From Vulcanimicrobiota bacterium (lineage in GTDB: Bacteria > Vulcanimicrobiota > Vulcanimicrobiia > Vulcanimicrobiales > Vulcanimicrobiaceae): a stretch of 64,000 nt of DNA. The stretch's first letter is position 1, and each line of letters starts with the position of its first letter. A program made the position numbers and the translations under genes. The DNA lies in assembly GCA_963787625.1 (NCBI GenBank), contig CAWBDH010000001.1, positions 524,175 through 588,174 of the forward strand, written 5' to 3'. Of this stretch, positions 26,220 to 35,521 are shown piece after piece. The notes beneath the pieces are model-generated. The model worked only from the letters and a program-made list of their open reading frames with translations. It had not been told where the DNA came from and did no database searches.

Positions 26220-27307
26220 TGGCGTCGATCGTGGCGCATGCCCTGCTCGCAGGGCTGACGCAAGCGGCGTCGTTCTTTTGGGACAGCCTGTTTGGGCTGA
26301 TCTTCGGCTTTCTCGTCTCGGCAATCGTGCAAGTAAAGCTGACGCCGGCGGCGATGCAGCGCTATTTGGGGCCCGGTGCGAAGGGATTTCTCTACGGCGC
26401 CGGTTTCGGCATCATCTCGTCGGCGTGCTCGTACGGCGCGGCCGCGGCGGCGCGGGGGTTTTACCGCAGGGGCGCCGACGTCCGCTCCGTCTTCGCGTTT
26501 CTGATCTCCTCGACCAACATGAACCTCGCAATCCTCATCCTGTTTTGGTCGCTGCTCGGTTGGAAGTTTGCGTTCGCCGAATTCTTCGGCGGCATCATCA
26601 TCATTACCGTGGTGACGGTCGGCTTCTCCGTGCTGTTTGGGGCGGGCGAGCTCGAGCGGCTCGGCCGCGCGTATCGCGATGCGGTCGACGAGGCGGCGCA
26701 CGAGCATTGCCACGCCGCAATGGCGGAAGCAGACGATCGTGGATGGGCGGCCATCGCAACGACGGCGGTCGCCGACGTGCGCATGCTGCGCACCGAGCTG
26801 ATCGCCGGCTACCTGATCGCCGGCTTCGCGGCGGCACTTGTGCCGGCCGGCTGGCTCGCCGCGGTGCTCCATGCCGTCGGCGCGGTGCCCGCGGTCGGGT
26901 ATGTGTTGCTGCTGGCCGTCGGTCTGCTCATCGCCGTCGCGACCTTTATTTGTTCGATGGGCAACGTCCCCGTCGCGCGCTATCTTGCCAATGCCGGCAT
27001 ACCGCTTGGCGCCAACACCGCGTTCATCTACGGCGATTTGCTGATTCTGCCGCTGATCGCGATTTACCGCAAATCGTTTCCGCCTCGAATCGCCTGGACG
27101 TTCGTCGGCCTCTTTGCCGTCGGCGCGATGCTCGCGGGTGCCATCATGGAGCGCGTGATCGGCAACGGCCTGGGTGGAATGTCAATGGGTTCGATGGCGC
27201 TCAACGATCGCTTTACGCTCGTGTCGAACGTCGTGGCGCTCGCGGCGGTCGCCGCGCTGGCCGTCGCCGCTTTTCCACGCAGACGGCTCCCAATCAGCCG
27301 GACGTAA
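26219..27307 (+). CDS. predicted permease (PF03773/ArsP-like)
   Basis: Multi-TM protein. GAGFGIISSACSYGAAAAARGF and ICSMGNVPVARYL resemble the duplicated Cys-containing motifs of this family. The ATG overlaps the upstream stop. Confidence 0.6.
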   Translation: MASIVAHALLAGLTQAASFFWDSLFGLIFGFLVSAIVQVKLTPAAMQRYLGPGAKGFLYGAGFGIISSACSYGAAAAARGFYRRGADVRSVFAFLISSTNMNLAILILFWSLLGWKFAFAEFFGGIIIITVVTVGFSVLFGAGELERLGRAYRDAVDEAAHEHCHAAMAEADDRGWAAIATTAVADVRMLRTELIAGYLIAGFAAALVPAGWLAAVLHAVGAVPAVGYVLLLAVGLLIAVATFICSMGNVPVARYLANAGIPLGANTAFIYGDLLILPLIAIYRKSFPPRIAWTFVGLFAVGAMLAGAIMERVIGNGLGGMSMGSMALNDRFTLVSNVVALAAVAALAVAAFPRRRLPISRT

Positions 27308-27938
27308 ACGCGATGACGTCGCCCTCCTCGCGGAGACTCGTCCACCATTGTTTGCCGTCGAACGCCAGTCCCCGTGCGTCTGCAGGAAGCGGCGCGATCG
27401 GCTCTGCGGCCGGCGAGGCCTCGCGCACGTCGATCCGTGCTAACGCCAGTTCGTCGAAGTCGGCGTCCGCGGAGATGATCGCGCAGCTTCCCGGTGCGTC
27501 GAACGCGAAGCCGCCGCACCGCGCGGGCAGCGCGATCTCGCGCTGCACGTTTGCGGCGTCGTCGATGGCCAGGATCCGGCGCTTGCCCTGCTGGCACAAG
27601 TAGAGCGACGCGCCGTCCGCGGCCAGGTGCGAACCCGTTACGTCGGGGCACGGCGACTTGCTGCTCGCATCGAACCCGCCGCCCGGCGAAAAGCGGAAGA
27701 GATACCGGTCGTCGTCGTCGAGGGCGACGACGGCGAACAGGCTTTCGCCAACCGATGCGAGACCATAGGGTCGGCCCGGTGCCGCGATCTCCTGAAGGAT
27801 TGTCCAGCTGTGCGGATCCATCGCGTAGAGACGATCGGTGTCCCACGAGCCGATCCAGAGCACGCCGCCGTGGAACGCGAGGGGCTGAGGACGGCCGCCC
27901 GGCGAGCGGTGGCGCGCAGTTTCTTCGAAGGTTTGCAT
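27294..27938 (-). CDS. hypothetical protein (repeat/beta-propeller-like)
   Basis: ATG at 27938 (MQTFEETARH). Recurrent G..L(W/Y/F) blade-like segments. No family assigned. Confidence 0.5.
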   Translation of the reverse strand: MQTFEETARHRSPGGRPQPLAFHGGVLWIGSWDTDRLYAMDPHSWTILQEIAAPGRPYGLASVGESLFAVVALDDDDRYLFRFSPGGGFDASSKSPCPDVTGSHLAADGASLYLCQQGKRRILAIDDAANVQREIALPARCGGFAFDAPGSCAIISADADFDELALARIDVREASPAAEPIAPLPADARGLAFDGKQWWTSLREEGDVIAFTSG

Positions 27939-28028
27939 GACACCAACGACGCGCGGCACCGCTCGACGGTTGCAGCGCCTTTACAATCTAACCGGCACCG
28001 CGGCGCGTTCCATCGAGAGTGCGCAGTG

Positions 28029-28586
28029 ATGGCGGCAGCGAAGGAGCGCGGCGTGGAAGACGCTGGGCGGCTCATGGAGCGAGTGCGCGCCCGTGACCCC
28101 GCTGCTTTCGAGGCGCTGTACGACCAGTACCACCGCCTCGTCTACGGGCTGGCGCTGCGCGTCCTCGGGGATCGTGCCGCCGCAGAAGACGTCACCCAAG
28201 CCGTGTTCCTAAAGCTATGGGACAGTCCGGGCGTCTTCCGCGAGGGCAACTTTGCTGCGTGGATTGCCCGTGTCGCGCGCAACCGCGCGCTGGACGTCGT
28301 CCGCAGCCGCGCGTCTTCCGCCGAGAGTGAGGCGGCCGAAGCGATCCCCGTGGAGGACACGCTGGAGGACGTCGCGATCGCCCACGTCGACGGCGCGCGC
28401 GTTCGCGAGGCTCTGGCGCGGCTGCCGGCCGAACAGCGAGAGCCTATCGAGTTGGGATTCTTCGGCGGCATCACGCATCAGGAAATCGCGCGGCGCGCGG
28501 GCGTGCCACTCGGCACGGTGAAGACCCGCATCCGTACGGGCCTGCGACGGTTGCGCAGCACGCTTGAAGGGGCGGTCACGGTATGA
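28029..28586 (+). CDS. ECF-type RNA polymerase sigma factor
   Basis: FEALYDQYHRLVYGLALRVLGDRAAAEDVTQAVFLKLW (region 2) and EQREPIELGFFGGITHQEIARRAGVPLGTVKTRIRTGLRRLR (region 4). Confidence 0.9.
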   Translation: MAAAKERGVEDAGRLMERVRARDPAAFEALYDQYHRLVYGLALRVLGDRAAAEDVTQAVFLKLWDSPGVFREGNFAAWIARVARNRALDVVRSRASSAESEAAEAIPVEDTLEDVAIAHVDGARVREALARLPAEQREPIELGFFGGITHQEIARRAGVPLGTVKTRIRTGLRRLRSTLEGAVTV

Positions 28587-29320
28587 TGCCGCACGACGCA
28601 ATGCTCGACGACGTCGCCGCGTACGCCCTCGGCGCGCTTCCGCCGGCCGAGGCTGCCGCCGTGGCGGAACACCTGCGAACGTGCGAGCGCTGCCGCGAGG
28701 AGTACGGCTTCTTGCGTCCGGCGGTCACGGCGGTCGGCTATTCTGCGGAGGCGTGCGCGGATCCGGCGATGGGGGCCGTCGCGAGCCCACTGCTCAAGGC
28801 GCGCGTGATGAAACACGTCCGCGCCGGGGCCGTGCGGCGTGCGGTGCCGCTGCTGTGGCCCGCGTACGCAGCTGCGGCGGCCTGCCTCGCAATCGCGCTG
28901 ATCGCCGGCGCGTTCGACATTTCGCTCAACGGCCGGCTGGCTCGCGAGCGCGCCGCGATGGCGCTCGAACGCACGGCAATGGCGCAGCAGGCGGAGACGA
29001 TGGCCGACTTCACGGCGCCCGACGCGCTTCGCCGCCGCTTTCCTCACGGCGAAGTGCTCGTGCACGGTCGACGGCTCTACATTGCAATGCGCGACATGAC
29101 GATGCCGCCGCGCGGCCGCGTGTACCAGGCCTGGACCGTCCGTAACGGATCCAAACGCGTGGAGCCGTCAAAGACGTTCGTGCCGGCGGGTCGAGGCATG
29201 ACGGTCGTGCGGCTCCCAGAGGTGGCCACCCGGATCGCGGCGGTAGCCATCAGCGTCGAGCCGGCGGGCGGCTCGGATCAGCCCACGACGAAGCCGATCG
29301 CAGTGGTGGCGCTCCACTAG
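28583..29320 (+). CDS. anti-sigma factor (zf-HC2 N-terminus, RskA-type C-terminal domain)
   Basis: 4-nt overlap with the sigma gene. AYALGALPPAEAAAVAEHLRTCERCREE, one TM, and C-terminal YQAWTV...AVAISVEPAGGS. Confidence 0.85.
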   Translation: MMPHDAMLDDVAAYALGALPPAEAAAVAEHLRTCERCREEYGFLRPAVTAVGYSAEACADPAMGAVASPLLKARVMKHVRAGAVRRAVPLLWPAYAAAAACLAIALIAGAFDISLNGRLARERAAMALERTAMAQQAETMADFTAPDALRRRFPHGEVLVHGRRLYIAMRDMTMPPRGRVYQAWTVRNGSKRVEPSKTFVPAGRGMTVVRLPEVATRIAAVAISVEPAGGSDQPTTKPIAVVALH

Positions 29321-29395
29321 CAATCCAAAGGGGCACAGCGCCCGTTTCTTTGGGGTCTTACCTCTTCACCGGAGCTACGGCTCGGAAAGGACCTC

Positions 29396-30025
29396 ATGAA
29401 GAACGTGCGATTGACCGCAACTTTTGCGGTCACCCTCGCGATGATCGGAACCGGCGTCGCGCTTGCAAAAATGATGCCCAACGTCGTCGATCAGCCCACG
29501 CGATTTTCGGGATCGTGCTGCGTCTATACGGGCGCTCCGGCACTGCCGGTAACGCTCTCGATGGTCATGGCGGGCGGCGGCCCAAAGGACTTCAGGACCG
29601 CGACGCTGCTCGAGGCGCTCGCCGGCGCGAACTTCGATGCCGAGGTCGCGAAGCTGACGAAGCAGTATGGCAAAGCGGAAGTTGGCCAGTTCCTCAAGAC
29701 GTTCGATTTCGTCGTGAGCGATTCGCTCAGGATCGTGACGGAAAAGCACGTCATGCTCCCGAGCAAGCCGAGCCCCGATCCGAGCAACGGCGCGGCGCTC
29801 GCCGGTGCGCTCTGGGCGGCCGGCCAAACCGGCAACGGCTACAACGTTGAAGTGATGCTCGATCGCGCCGTGTCGCATCCAATCCATCTTCAAGTGATGG
29901 GTGACATCGACTCGAAGTACGGTCTTGCGGCGGACGCGCAATACCATGCGATCCTGACGACTGCAATGAAGGACCTCGCGGCGGCCTATCACCTCAACGC
30001 CATGGGTCACATGCAGAGCATGTAA
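29396..30025 (+). CDS. hypothetical exported protein
   Basis: Signal peptide MKNVRLTATFAVTLAMIGTGVALA. A CC pair and a His/Met-rich C-terminus (HLNAMGHMQSM). No family recognised. Confidence 0.55.
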   Translation: MKNVRLTATFAVTLAMIGTGVALAKMMPNVVDQPTRFSGSCCVYTGAPALPVTLSMVMAGGGPKDFRTATLLEALAGANFDAEVAKLTKQYGKAEVGQFLKTFDFVVSDSLRIVTEKHVMLPSKPSPDPSNGAALAGALWAAGQTGNGYNVEVMLDRAVSHPIHLQVMGDIDSKYGLAADAQYHAILTTAMKDLAAAYHLNAMGHMQSM

Positions 30026-30070
30026 AAACACGGGCAGGGTGGCGCGGCGTGGGCCGCAGAACAGGCGACC

Positions 30071-31048
30071 ATGCCTGCACTGCGAACCGTCGTCGTCGCC
30101 CTTTTCGCTGCCGCCGTCGCCCTCGCCGGCGCGCCGGGCGCGCTGGCCGCACCGACGGGGCTCGCGTGGGATGCGGTTTCGAAGATCGCGATGAACGCCG
30201 ACGCCGCGACGCTCTCGCCCGGCGATTTCGACCAAGATTTCGCGCAGGCGTCAAACGTCGAACCGCCGCCCGATTCGTCGAGCGGCGGCTTCATGGCCAA
30301 GATGGGCCAAGCGATGGCGATGGGCCGGCACATGCAGGCGCTGATGCAGAACGGCTTTGCCGAGAAGCATTACGTCGCGGGTTCCAAGGAGCGGACGGAT
30401 CAAGTGGCCGAGCAGACCGCCACGATCGTGGACTGTGCCGCACGGACGATCACGAAACTCGATCTTCGCCGCAAGACCTATACGGTGACATCGATGGATC
30501 AGTCCTCGGCGGCCGGCTCAAGCGGCGGTTCGTCGGCGCCGGAACCGCGTGCGAGCGACGACGGCACGCGCCTGGCAATCACAATCGCCAACACGACGCT
30601 CGGCTCGCGCGACGTTTCCGGCTTGCCGGCGAATGGATATCGCTCGGAAATAACCTTTACGGAGACCAAACCGTCAGGCGAGTCGCACACGCAAAACGGC
30701 AACCTCGTCGGCTACTACAGCAACTATGCGAACCCGGTGCCGTCGTGCGGATCCTTCGGCGAGCCCGCCGGTGCGCAGGGCGCGAACGGCCGCTTCTCGG
30801 CGATGACGGCGGGATTCTCGCGGCTGATGCGCGCGATGTCCGCCGTCGGAAACGATTCTCGCTTTAGCCTCAAGCAGAGCGGTCCGCCGCTGCCGCGCTC
30901 TAAGATGGCGCTCTACGAGGCGGCGACCTTCGGGGCCGGCGACCGCGGAGCAGCGGGCACCTTCTTGACGGAGCGCGGCCACGTGCGCGCGATTTCTGAG
31001 AACGACCCGGCGTTTACCATTCCTAGCGACTTCACCCGCGGGCAGTAA
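30071..31048 (+). CDS. hypothetical exported protein
   Basis: Signal peptide MPALRTVVVALFAAAVALAGAPGALA. A Met-rich segment FMAKMGQAMAMGRHMQALMQ. No family recognised. Confidence 0.55.
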   Translation: MPALRTVVVALFAAAVALAGAPGALAAPTGLAWDAVSKIAMNADAATLSPGDFDQDFAQASNVEPPPDSSSGGFMAKMGQAMAMGRHMQALMQNGFAEKHYVAGSKERTDQVAEQTATIVDCAARTITKLDLRRKTYTVTSMDQSSAAGSSGGSSAPEPRASDDGTRLAITIANTTLGSRDVSGLPANGYRSEITFTETKPSGESHTQNGNLVGYYSNYANPVPSCGSFGEPAGAQGANGRFSAMTAGFSRLMRAMSAVGNDSRFSLKQSGPPLPRSKMALYEAATFGAGDRGAAGTFLTERGHVRAISENDPAFTIPSDFTRGQ

Positions 31049-31354
31049 CTACCCGGACGGAGGCGCAACCGGGGCCGGCACGTTGCGTGCCGGTTGATGG
31101 AGTAACGACGTCGACACGTACGCGCCGATCCACGAGCCGGCGGCGGCAAAGAGCACGTAGGTCCAATCGCGCGTGTACGTGATCACGGCAAACGAGGAGA
31201 GCAAGTACCAGGCGCTGCTCCAGGATGCGGCCGAGACGCGCCGGCGAGCCGAAACCGCGGCGGTGAAGAAGACGTACACTGCGTCGGTGGCGGCGGTGCT
31301 GACCACGACGCCGATGGCGAGCAACGGATGAACGTTCGCAAAGTGCTGGAACAT
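31049..31354 (-). CDS. small hypothetical membrane protein (3 TM)
   Basis: ATG at 31354 (MFQHFANVHPLLAIGVVVSTAATDAVYVFF...). The longer track ORF 31049..32125 is antisense to the better-supported + strand gene. Confidence 0.45.
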   Translation of the reverse strand: MFQHFANVHPLLAIGVVVSTAATDAVYVFFTAAVSARRRVSAASWSSAWYLLSSFAVITYTRDWTYVLFAAAGSWIGAYVSTSLLHQPARNVPAPVAPPSG

Positions 31355-31408
31355 ATCGGGCTGTTTCGCACGGGCGGCCTCGAACCATGGCAGCGCGAAG
31401 TTGGAGCG

Positions 31409-32197
31409 ATGCTGGAAAACCTCGCCAACAGGCCCGACCCGGTCGCCTATCTCGTTATCATCGTTCCGCTGTCGCTCGTCGCGCTCGTGGTCGGGTACGT
31501 TCTCGCCGCCCGCTATCGCAGAATCGAGGACACAGCGGCGGAGTCGGCCTTCGGCTTGGCGCAAACCGCGATCTTTGGGCTCATCGCGTTGATCCTGGCC
31601 TTTTCGTTCGCGTTTGCAGCCGAGCGGTTCGAGGCGCGCCGCGCGCTCGTGGTCGCCGAAGCGAACGCGATCAGCACCGCCTTCGCGCGCGCGGCGTTCC
31701 TGCCGGAGGCACGACGGCCGGTTTTCCGGCGCGCGCTGATCGACTATACGAGGGCACGCCTCGAAACCTACGCGAGCGTCGCGGACGCGCCATCGCATCT
31801 CCGATCGATCGAACGCGGCAAGGCGCTGCAGGGCAACCTTTGGGAGATCGCGTCGAACGCCGCGCGCACCGATCCACGGAATCTGTTGTACGAGAAGGTT
31901 GCGGATTCCGTAAGCGAAACGATCGACGTTGCCGACGAACAGTCCGCGGCCTTCAACAACCACGTACCGCTTCCGATCATCGGGATTGCGCTGCTCTCGA
32001 CGATCGTCGGTGCACTGTTGCTCGGAGTGACCTTCGGCCGGGCGAAGGCGCCCAACGCCGCGCTTTCTGCAATCTTCTGCGTGCTGTTTGCGGCCACGAT
32101 TTTCACGATCATCGATCTCGATCATCCGGCAGGCGGCTTCATCAGCGTCGACGCCGCCCCACTGCAGGCGACGCTCGACGACATGACGGCGTTATGA
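31409..32197 (+). CDS. DUF4239-like (bestrophin-like) membrane protein
   Basis: MLENLANRPDPVAYLVIIVPLSLVAL...AERFEARRALVVAEANAISTAF...PLPIIGIALLSTIVGALLLG. Architecture is two N-terminal TM, a helical middle and two C-terminal TM. Confidence 0.55.
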   Translation: MLENLANRPDPVAYLVIIVPLSLVALVVGYVLAARYRRIEDTAAESAFGLAQTAIFGLIALILAFSFAFAAERFEARRALVVAEANAISTAFARAAFLPEARRPVFRRALIDYTRARLETYASVADAPSHLRSIERGKALQGNLWEIASNAARTDPRNLLYEKVADSVSETIDVADEQSAAFNNHVPLPIIGIALLSTIVGALLLGVTFGRAKAPNAALSAIFCVLFAATIFTIIDLDHPAGGFISVDAAPLQATLDDMTAL

Positions 32198-32201
32198 ACG
32201 A

Positions 32202-33470
32202 CTAGGCGCTGGGCTGAAGGTCTGCGTGAAAGAGATACCGTCCTTCAACGGGAGCGCAGTTGGCGCGTTTTGGAGCGTACGTGGTCTTCCGAGCCGCCTC
32301 CATGACGGCATTGTCGATGGCCGCATTACCGCTCGAATGAAGGACGGAAGCATGCAGAACGCGTCCGTTGGGAGCGATGGTGACGGCGACGACCGCCTCG
32401 CCCTTCAAACGTACGCCGTGCGGCAGTTCCGGCGGCGCTGCGGTGATGACGGAGGCCTCCGAGTTTGGATGGCTGCATGCGGCCGCCACAGCCGACGCCG
32501 TCGATGGTATGCCGATGCCGGCGGCTGCCGGCGGCAGCCCCAGTGCGGGGGCGAACGCCTGAAGCGCAAGAGTCGTCGCGATGAAGAGCACGATCGTTCC
32601 TCCGATGGTGAGTGCGTTAGCGGTTAGCGGGCGCCGCGCGCCCGCGTTCAGTCGCTCGATGCGCGCGGCCAGTGCGCGGCGCGAACCGAAGGCTCCCGGT
32701 GTCAGCAGCGGCGGCTTTCGTGCCAGGGCGAACCGCGCGACGGTAGCGAGGCACGAAGCGTAGGCGTCGGGGTTTCCCATCTCTTCGACGACCCGATCGT
32801 CGCAGGCCGCCTCGCGCTCGGTGCAGAGATGCCGTGCGGCGAGGTGAACCCAGGGATTGAAGAAGAGCCAGGCCTGGACGAACCGCTGGATGAGGTTGAA
32901 GAACGCATCGCGGCGGCAAACGTGTGCGCGCTCGTGCCGAACGATGCGCTGGAGATCCAGCGGCGTCAGCGCGCCGAGGAGGCTTTGCGGAATAACGATC
33001 GCCGGCAAGAAAACGCCGATGACGACCGGCACGCTGACGTCTGCCGAAACGAGCACGTTGGATTCGGCGCCTTCTAACCGCCGCGCGTGACGCCGTATCC
33101 GATCGATCGCCGCCAAGCCGCAGCCTAATCGGATGAGGTTGAGCGCCACGCCGCCGAGCCACGCGCAAAGAAACCATGCCGCCGACCGTTCGAACCACGC
33201 ATCGGCATGGTGAACCAACGCCCCGGCCGGGACCAGCGAGACGGTGTAGCCCATCCTGTTCGAGTGAGCCGCAAATGCCTCAAGCAGCAACGCGCCCGCG
33301 CTGCTCAGCGTCGTGAGAACCGGAATTACGACGAGCGCGATCAGCGTCGTCAGCCACACGGCGTAGCGTGTGGCTGCGTCGCGCTTCGAAACGGCGCGTG
33401 ACAGCAAATAGGCGATAGCGACGATGAGTGCGCCCTGCCATAACCCGTTGAGAAGCACCGAAACGATCAT
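32202..33470 (-). CDS. M56-family (BlaR1/MecR1-type) membrane metalloprotease fused to a TonB C-terminal domain
   Basis: N-terminal TM block, HEXXH as RIVRHERAHVCRRD and a further TM. The C-terminus reads GEAVVAVTIAPNGRVLHASVLHSSGNAAIDNAVMEAARKTTYAP...GRYLF, typical of TonB_C. 4-nt overlap with blaI. Confidence 0.8.
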   Translation of the reverse strand: MIVSVLLNGLWQGALIVAIAYLLSRAVSKRDAATRYAVWLTTLIALVVIPVLTTLSSAGALLLEAFAAHSNRMGYTVSLVPAGALVHHADAWFERSAAWFLCAWLGGVALNLIRLGCGLAAIDRIRRHARRLEGAESNVLVSADVSVPVVIGVFLPAIVIPQSLLGALTPLDLQRIVRHERAHVCRRDAFFNLIQRFVQAWLFFNPWVHLAARHLCTEREAACDDRVVEEMGNPDAYASCLATVARFALARKPPLLTPGAFGSRRALAARIERLNAGARRPLTANALTIGGTIVLFIATTLALQAFAPALGLPPAAAGIGIPSTASAVAAACSHPNSEASVITAAPPELPHGVRLKGEAVVAVTIAPNGRVLHASVLHSSGNAAIDNAVMEAARKTTYAPKRANCAPVEGRYLFHADLQPSA

Positions 33471-33862
33471 CGTTTGCTTGTCCGCCGGCGGGACAGCATC
33501 GCTTCGATCTGCGCGAGGTCCTTTGCGCTCAACCGCGCATCGTCGAGCAGTGCGACGGCCAACGCTCCGGGTGAGCTGCCGAAAAAGCGATCGAGCACGT
33601 GGCGGATCGCAGACTTCGCCGCATCGGTGCGTTTGACCGACGGCCGGTAGACGAAGGCGCGGCCGTCTTCGCCGTGCGTCAAGTGCCCCTTTTGCTCGAG
33701 CGTCCGCAGCGTCGTGAGCACCGTGCTATAGGTGAGCTTCGGCGGCGGGAGGGCGCGGACGACCTCCGCGACCGTCGCACGTCCTTTACGCCAGACGATT
33801 TCCATGAGCCGGAGCTCGTGATCCGTGAGGACCGGCGACTTTTGGCGCGGCATGCGCGGCAT
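33467..33862 (-). CDS. BlaI/MecI/CopY-family transcriptional repressor
   Basis: LTDHELRLMEIVWRKGRATVAEVVRALPPPKLTYSTVLTTLRTLEQKGHLTH winged-helix motif. GGAGGG RBS before the ATG at 33862. Confidence 0.9.
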   Translation of the reverse strand: MPRMPRQKSPVLTDHELRLMEIVWRKGRATVAEVVRALPPPKLTYSTVLTTLRTLEQKGHLTHGEDGRAFVYRPSVKRTDAAKSAIRHVLDRFFGSSPGALAVALLDDARLSAKDLAQIEAMLSRRRTSKR

Positions 33863-33868
33863 ACCCTC

Positions 33869-33892
33869 CTGATATTAGTTTTCTAATAGCAG
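33869..33892. promoter_or_regulatory. candidate BlaI operator, 10-4-10 palindrome CTGATATTAG-TTTT-CTAATAGCAG
   Basis: Read directly. 9 of 10 positions are symmetric. It lies between the putative -10 and the RBS of blaI. Confidence 0.55.
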
Positions 33893-33919
33893 GATAGCGA
33901 CTCCAATCGCGATTGTCAA
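33891..33919 (-). promoter_or_regulatory. candidate sigma-70 promoter of blaI-blaR (TTGACA - 17 nt - TATCCT)
   Basis: On the minus strand, TTGACA is at 33919-33914 and TATCCT at 33896-33891, with a 17-nt spacer, about 30 nt upstream of the ATG. Confidence 0.5.
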
Positions 33920-33934
33920 CTAGTATTATAATAG

Positions 33935-35521
33935 TTAGCTCAGCATCACGCGCGCCGCGTTCCAGCCCGACGCGCCCATGACGCCGCCGCCCGGATGAGT
34001 TGCCGCGCCGCAGAGGTAGAGGCCCCGGATCGGCGTCGCATAGCTCGCGTAGCCGGGGACGGGACGAAACGCAAAGAGTTGGTGCAGCGGCATCGCGCCC
34101 TGGAAGATGCTCCCGCCGGTCAGCCCGAACGTTCGCTCGAGGTCGACCGGCGTAAGGACTTGGCGATCGATCACGGATGCCTTAAAGCCCGGCGCGTACC
34201 GCTCCACCACTTCGAAGCAGCGATCGGCATACTCGTTCCGCAGCGAGTCGGTCCACGGACCGCTCGCGAGGCGGTACGGCGCGTATTGCGTGAACATCGA
34301 CATCAGGTGCTTCCCGGGCGGCGCGACCGTCGGATCGAGCGACGAAGGCATCGTGCATTCGACCACGGGCTCCTTGGAGAAGCTGCCGTACTTCGCTTCG
34401 TCGTACGCGCGCTCGATGAAGTCCTGATCGGGGCAAAGGTGAACCGTGCCGAAGTGCTGCGGCCCCGGCTCGTGGCCCGGCAGCGCGGTGAAGCTCGGAA
34501 GCCGCTCGAGCGCAACGTTGATCTTGCACGACGCACTGCTGTAGGAGATGCGTGCGACGGCCTCGCGAAATGCCGGTGGGAGATCCGCCGGATCTACGAG
34601 CCGTTCGAACGTCAGATGGCAGTCGACGCCGCTCGCGACGCGCCGGCCGGAAATCTCGTCGCCGTTTGCCAGCGCGACGCCGGTCACGCGTCCGCCGCGC
34701 GTGAGAATTTTCGCGACCTCCGCGTCCGTCCGGATCTCGACGCCGAGTGCCTTGGCCGCCGACGCCAGCGCCTGCGTCAGGCCGCCCATGCCGCCGCGCA
34801 CGTAGCTCCACACGCCGCGTTTCCCATTCGTCTCGCCCATCACGTGGTGAAACAGCACGTACGCCGTGCCGGGCATCGAGGGCGCCATGAACGCGCCGAT
34901 GATCGCATCGGTCGCGATCGTTCCCTTGAGCTCTTCGGACTCGAACCAGCGGTCGAGGATTGGGCGCGCCGCGCCCGTGAGCACCTCGATCGCCTCAGCC
35001 ATATCGGGCCCGAGCCGCTGCAGTGCGCGGCCCATTTTCCCGGCCTCGAGCAGCTGGCGCAGCGTGGGATGGAGCAGGTTCGGCGGTACTTGCGTGAGCG
35101 TCGGCTCGACGACGGAGGCCACGCGCTGCAGCATCGCCTCGTACTTGGAGTAGTTTCCTGCGTCGCGCTTGCTGAACTTTGCGATTTCTGCAACGTCCTT
35201 CTCCGCGCCGGCACCGAGCATCAGGTACCGCCCGTCCAAGAACGGCGAGAACGACGCCGGATTGCGTTCGATCGTTTCAAAACCGTACTCGTGCAAACGT
35301 AAGTCGCGCGCGATCTCCGGGCGGAAAAGGCTGTTCACGTACGCCGCCGTCGACACTTTGAAGCCGGGAAAGATCTCTTCGCTGACGCACGCGCCGCCCA
35401 CGATATACCGCCGCTCGAGCACGAGCACGCGCCAGCGCGCCCGGGCCAAGTAGCACGCCGTAACCAGGCCGTTGTGGCCTCCGCCGACGACGATCGCGTC
35501 GTAGCTGCGCCGGGGAGCCAT
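33935..35521 (-). CDS. FAD/NAD(P)-dependent oxidoreductase, phytoene-desaturase (CrtI)-like family
   Basis: YDAIVVGGGHNGLVTACYLARARWRVLVLERRYIVGGA dinucleotide fold. The C-terminus reads LYLCGAATHPGGGVMG. The ATG overlaps the upstream OMP stop (TGATG). Confidence 0.8.
   Translation of the reverse strand: MAPRRSYDAIVVGGGHNGLVTACYLARARWRVLVLERRYIVGGACVSEEIFPGFKVSTAAYVNSLFRPEIARDLRLHEYGFETIERNPASFSPFLDGRYLMLGAGAEKDVAEIAKFSKRDAGNYSKYEAMLQRVASVVEPTLTQVPPNLLHPTLRQLLEAGKMGRALQRLGPDMAEAIEVLTGAARPILDRWFESEELKGTIATDAIIGAFMAPSMPGTAYVLFHHVMGETNGKRGVWSYVRGGMGGLTQALASAAKALGVEIRTDAEVAKILTRGGRVTGVALANGDEISGRRVASGVDCHLTFERLVDPADLPPAFREAVARISYSSASCKINVALERLPSFTALPGHEPGPQHFGTVHLCPDQDFIERAYDEAKYGSFSKEPVVECTMPSSLDPTVAPPGKHLMSMFTQYAPYRLASGPWTDSLRNEYADRCFEVVERYAPGFKASVIDRQVLTPVDLERTFGLTGGSIFQGAMPLHQLFAFRPVPGYASYATPIRGLYLCGAATHPGGGVMGASGWNAARVMLS

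Noticed and set aside
29325-29352. Interrupted hairpin CCAAAG-GGGC-ACAGC-GCCC-GTTT-CTTTGG after the anti-sigma gene, considered as a terminator.
   Set aside because: The stem is short and interrupted by a bulge. The T residues lie inside the stem rather than after it, so it is too weak to call.
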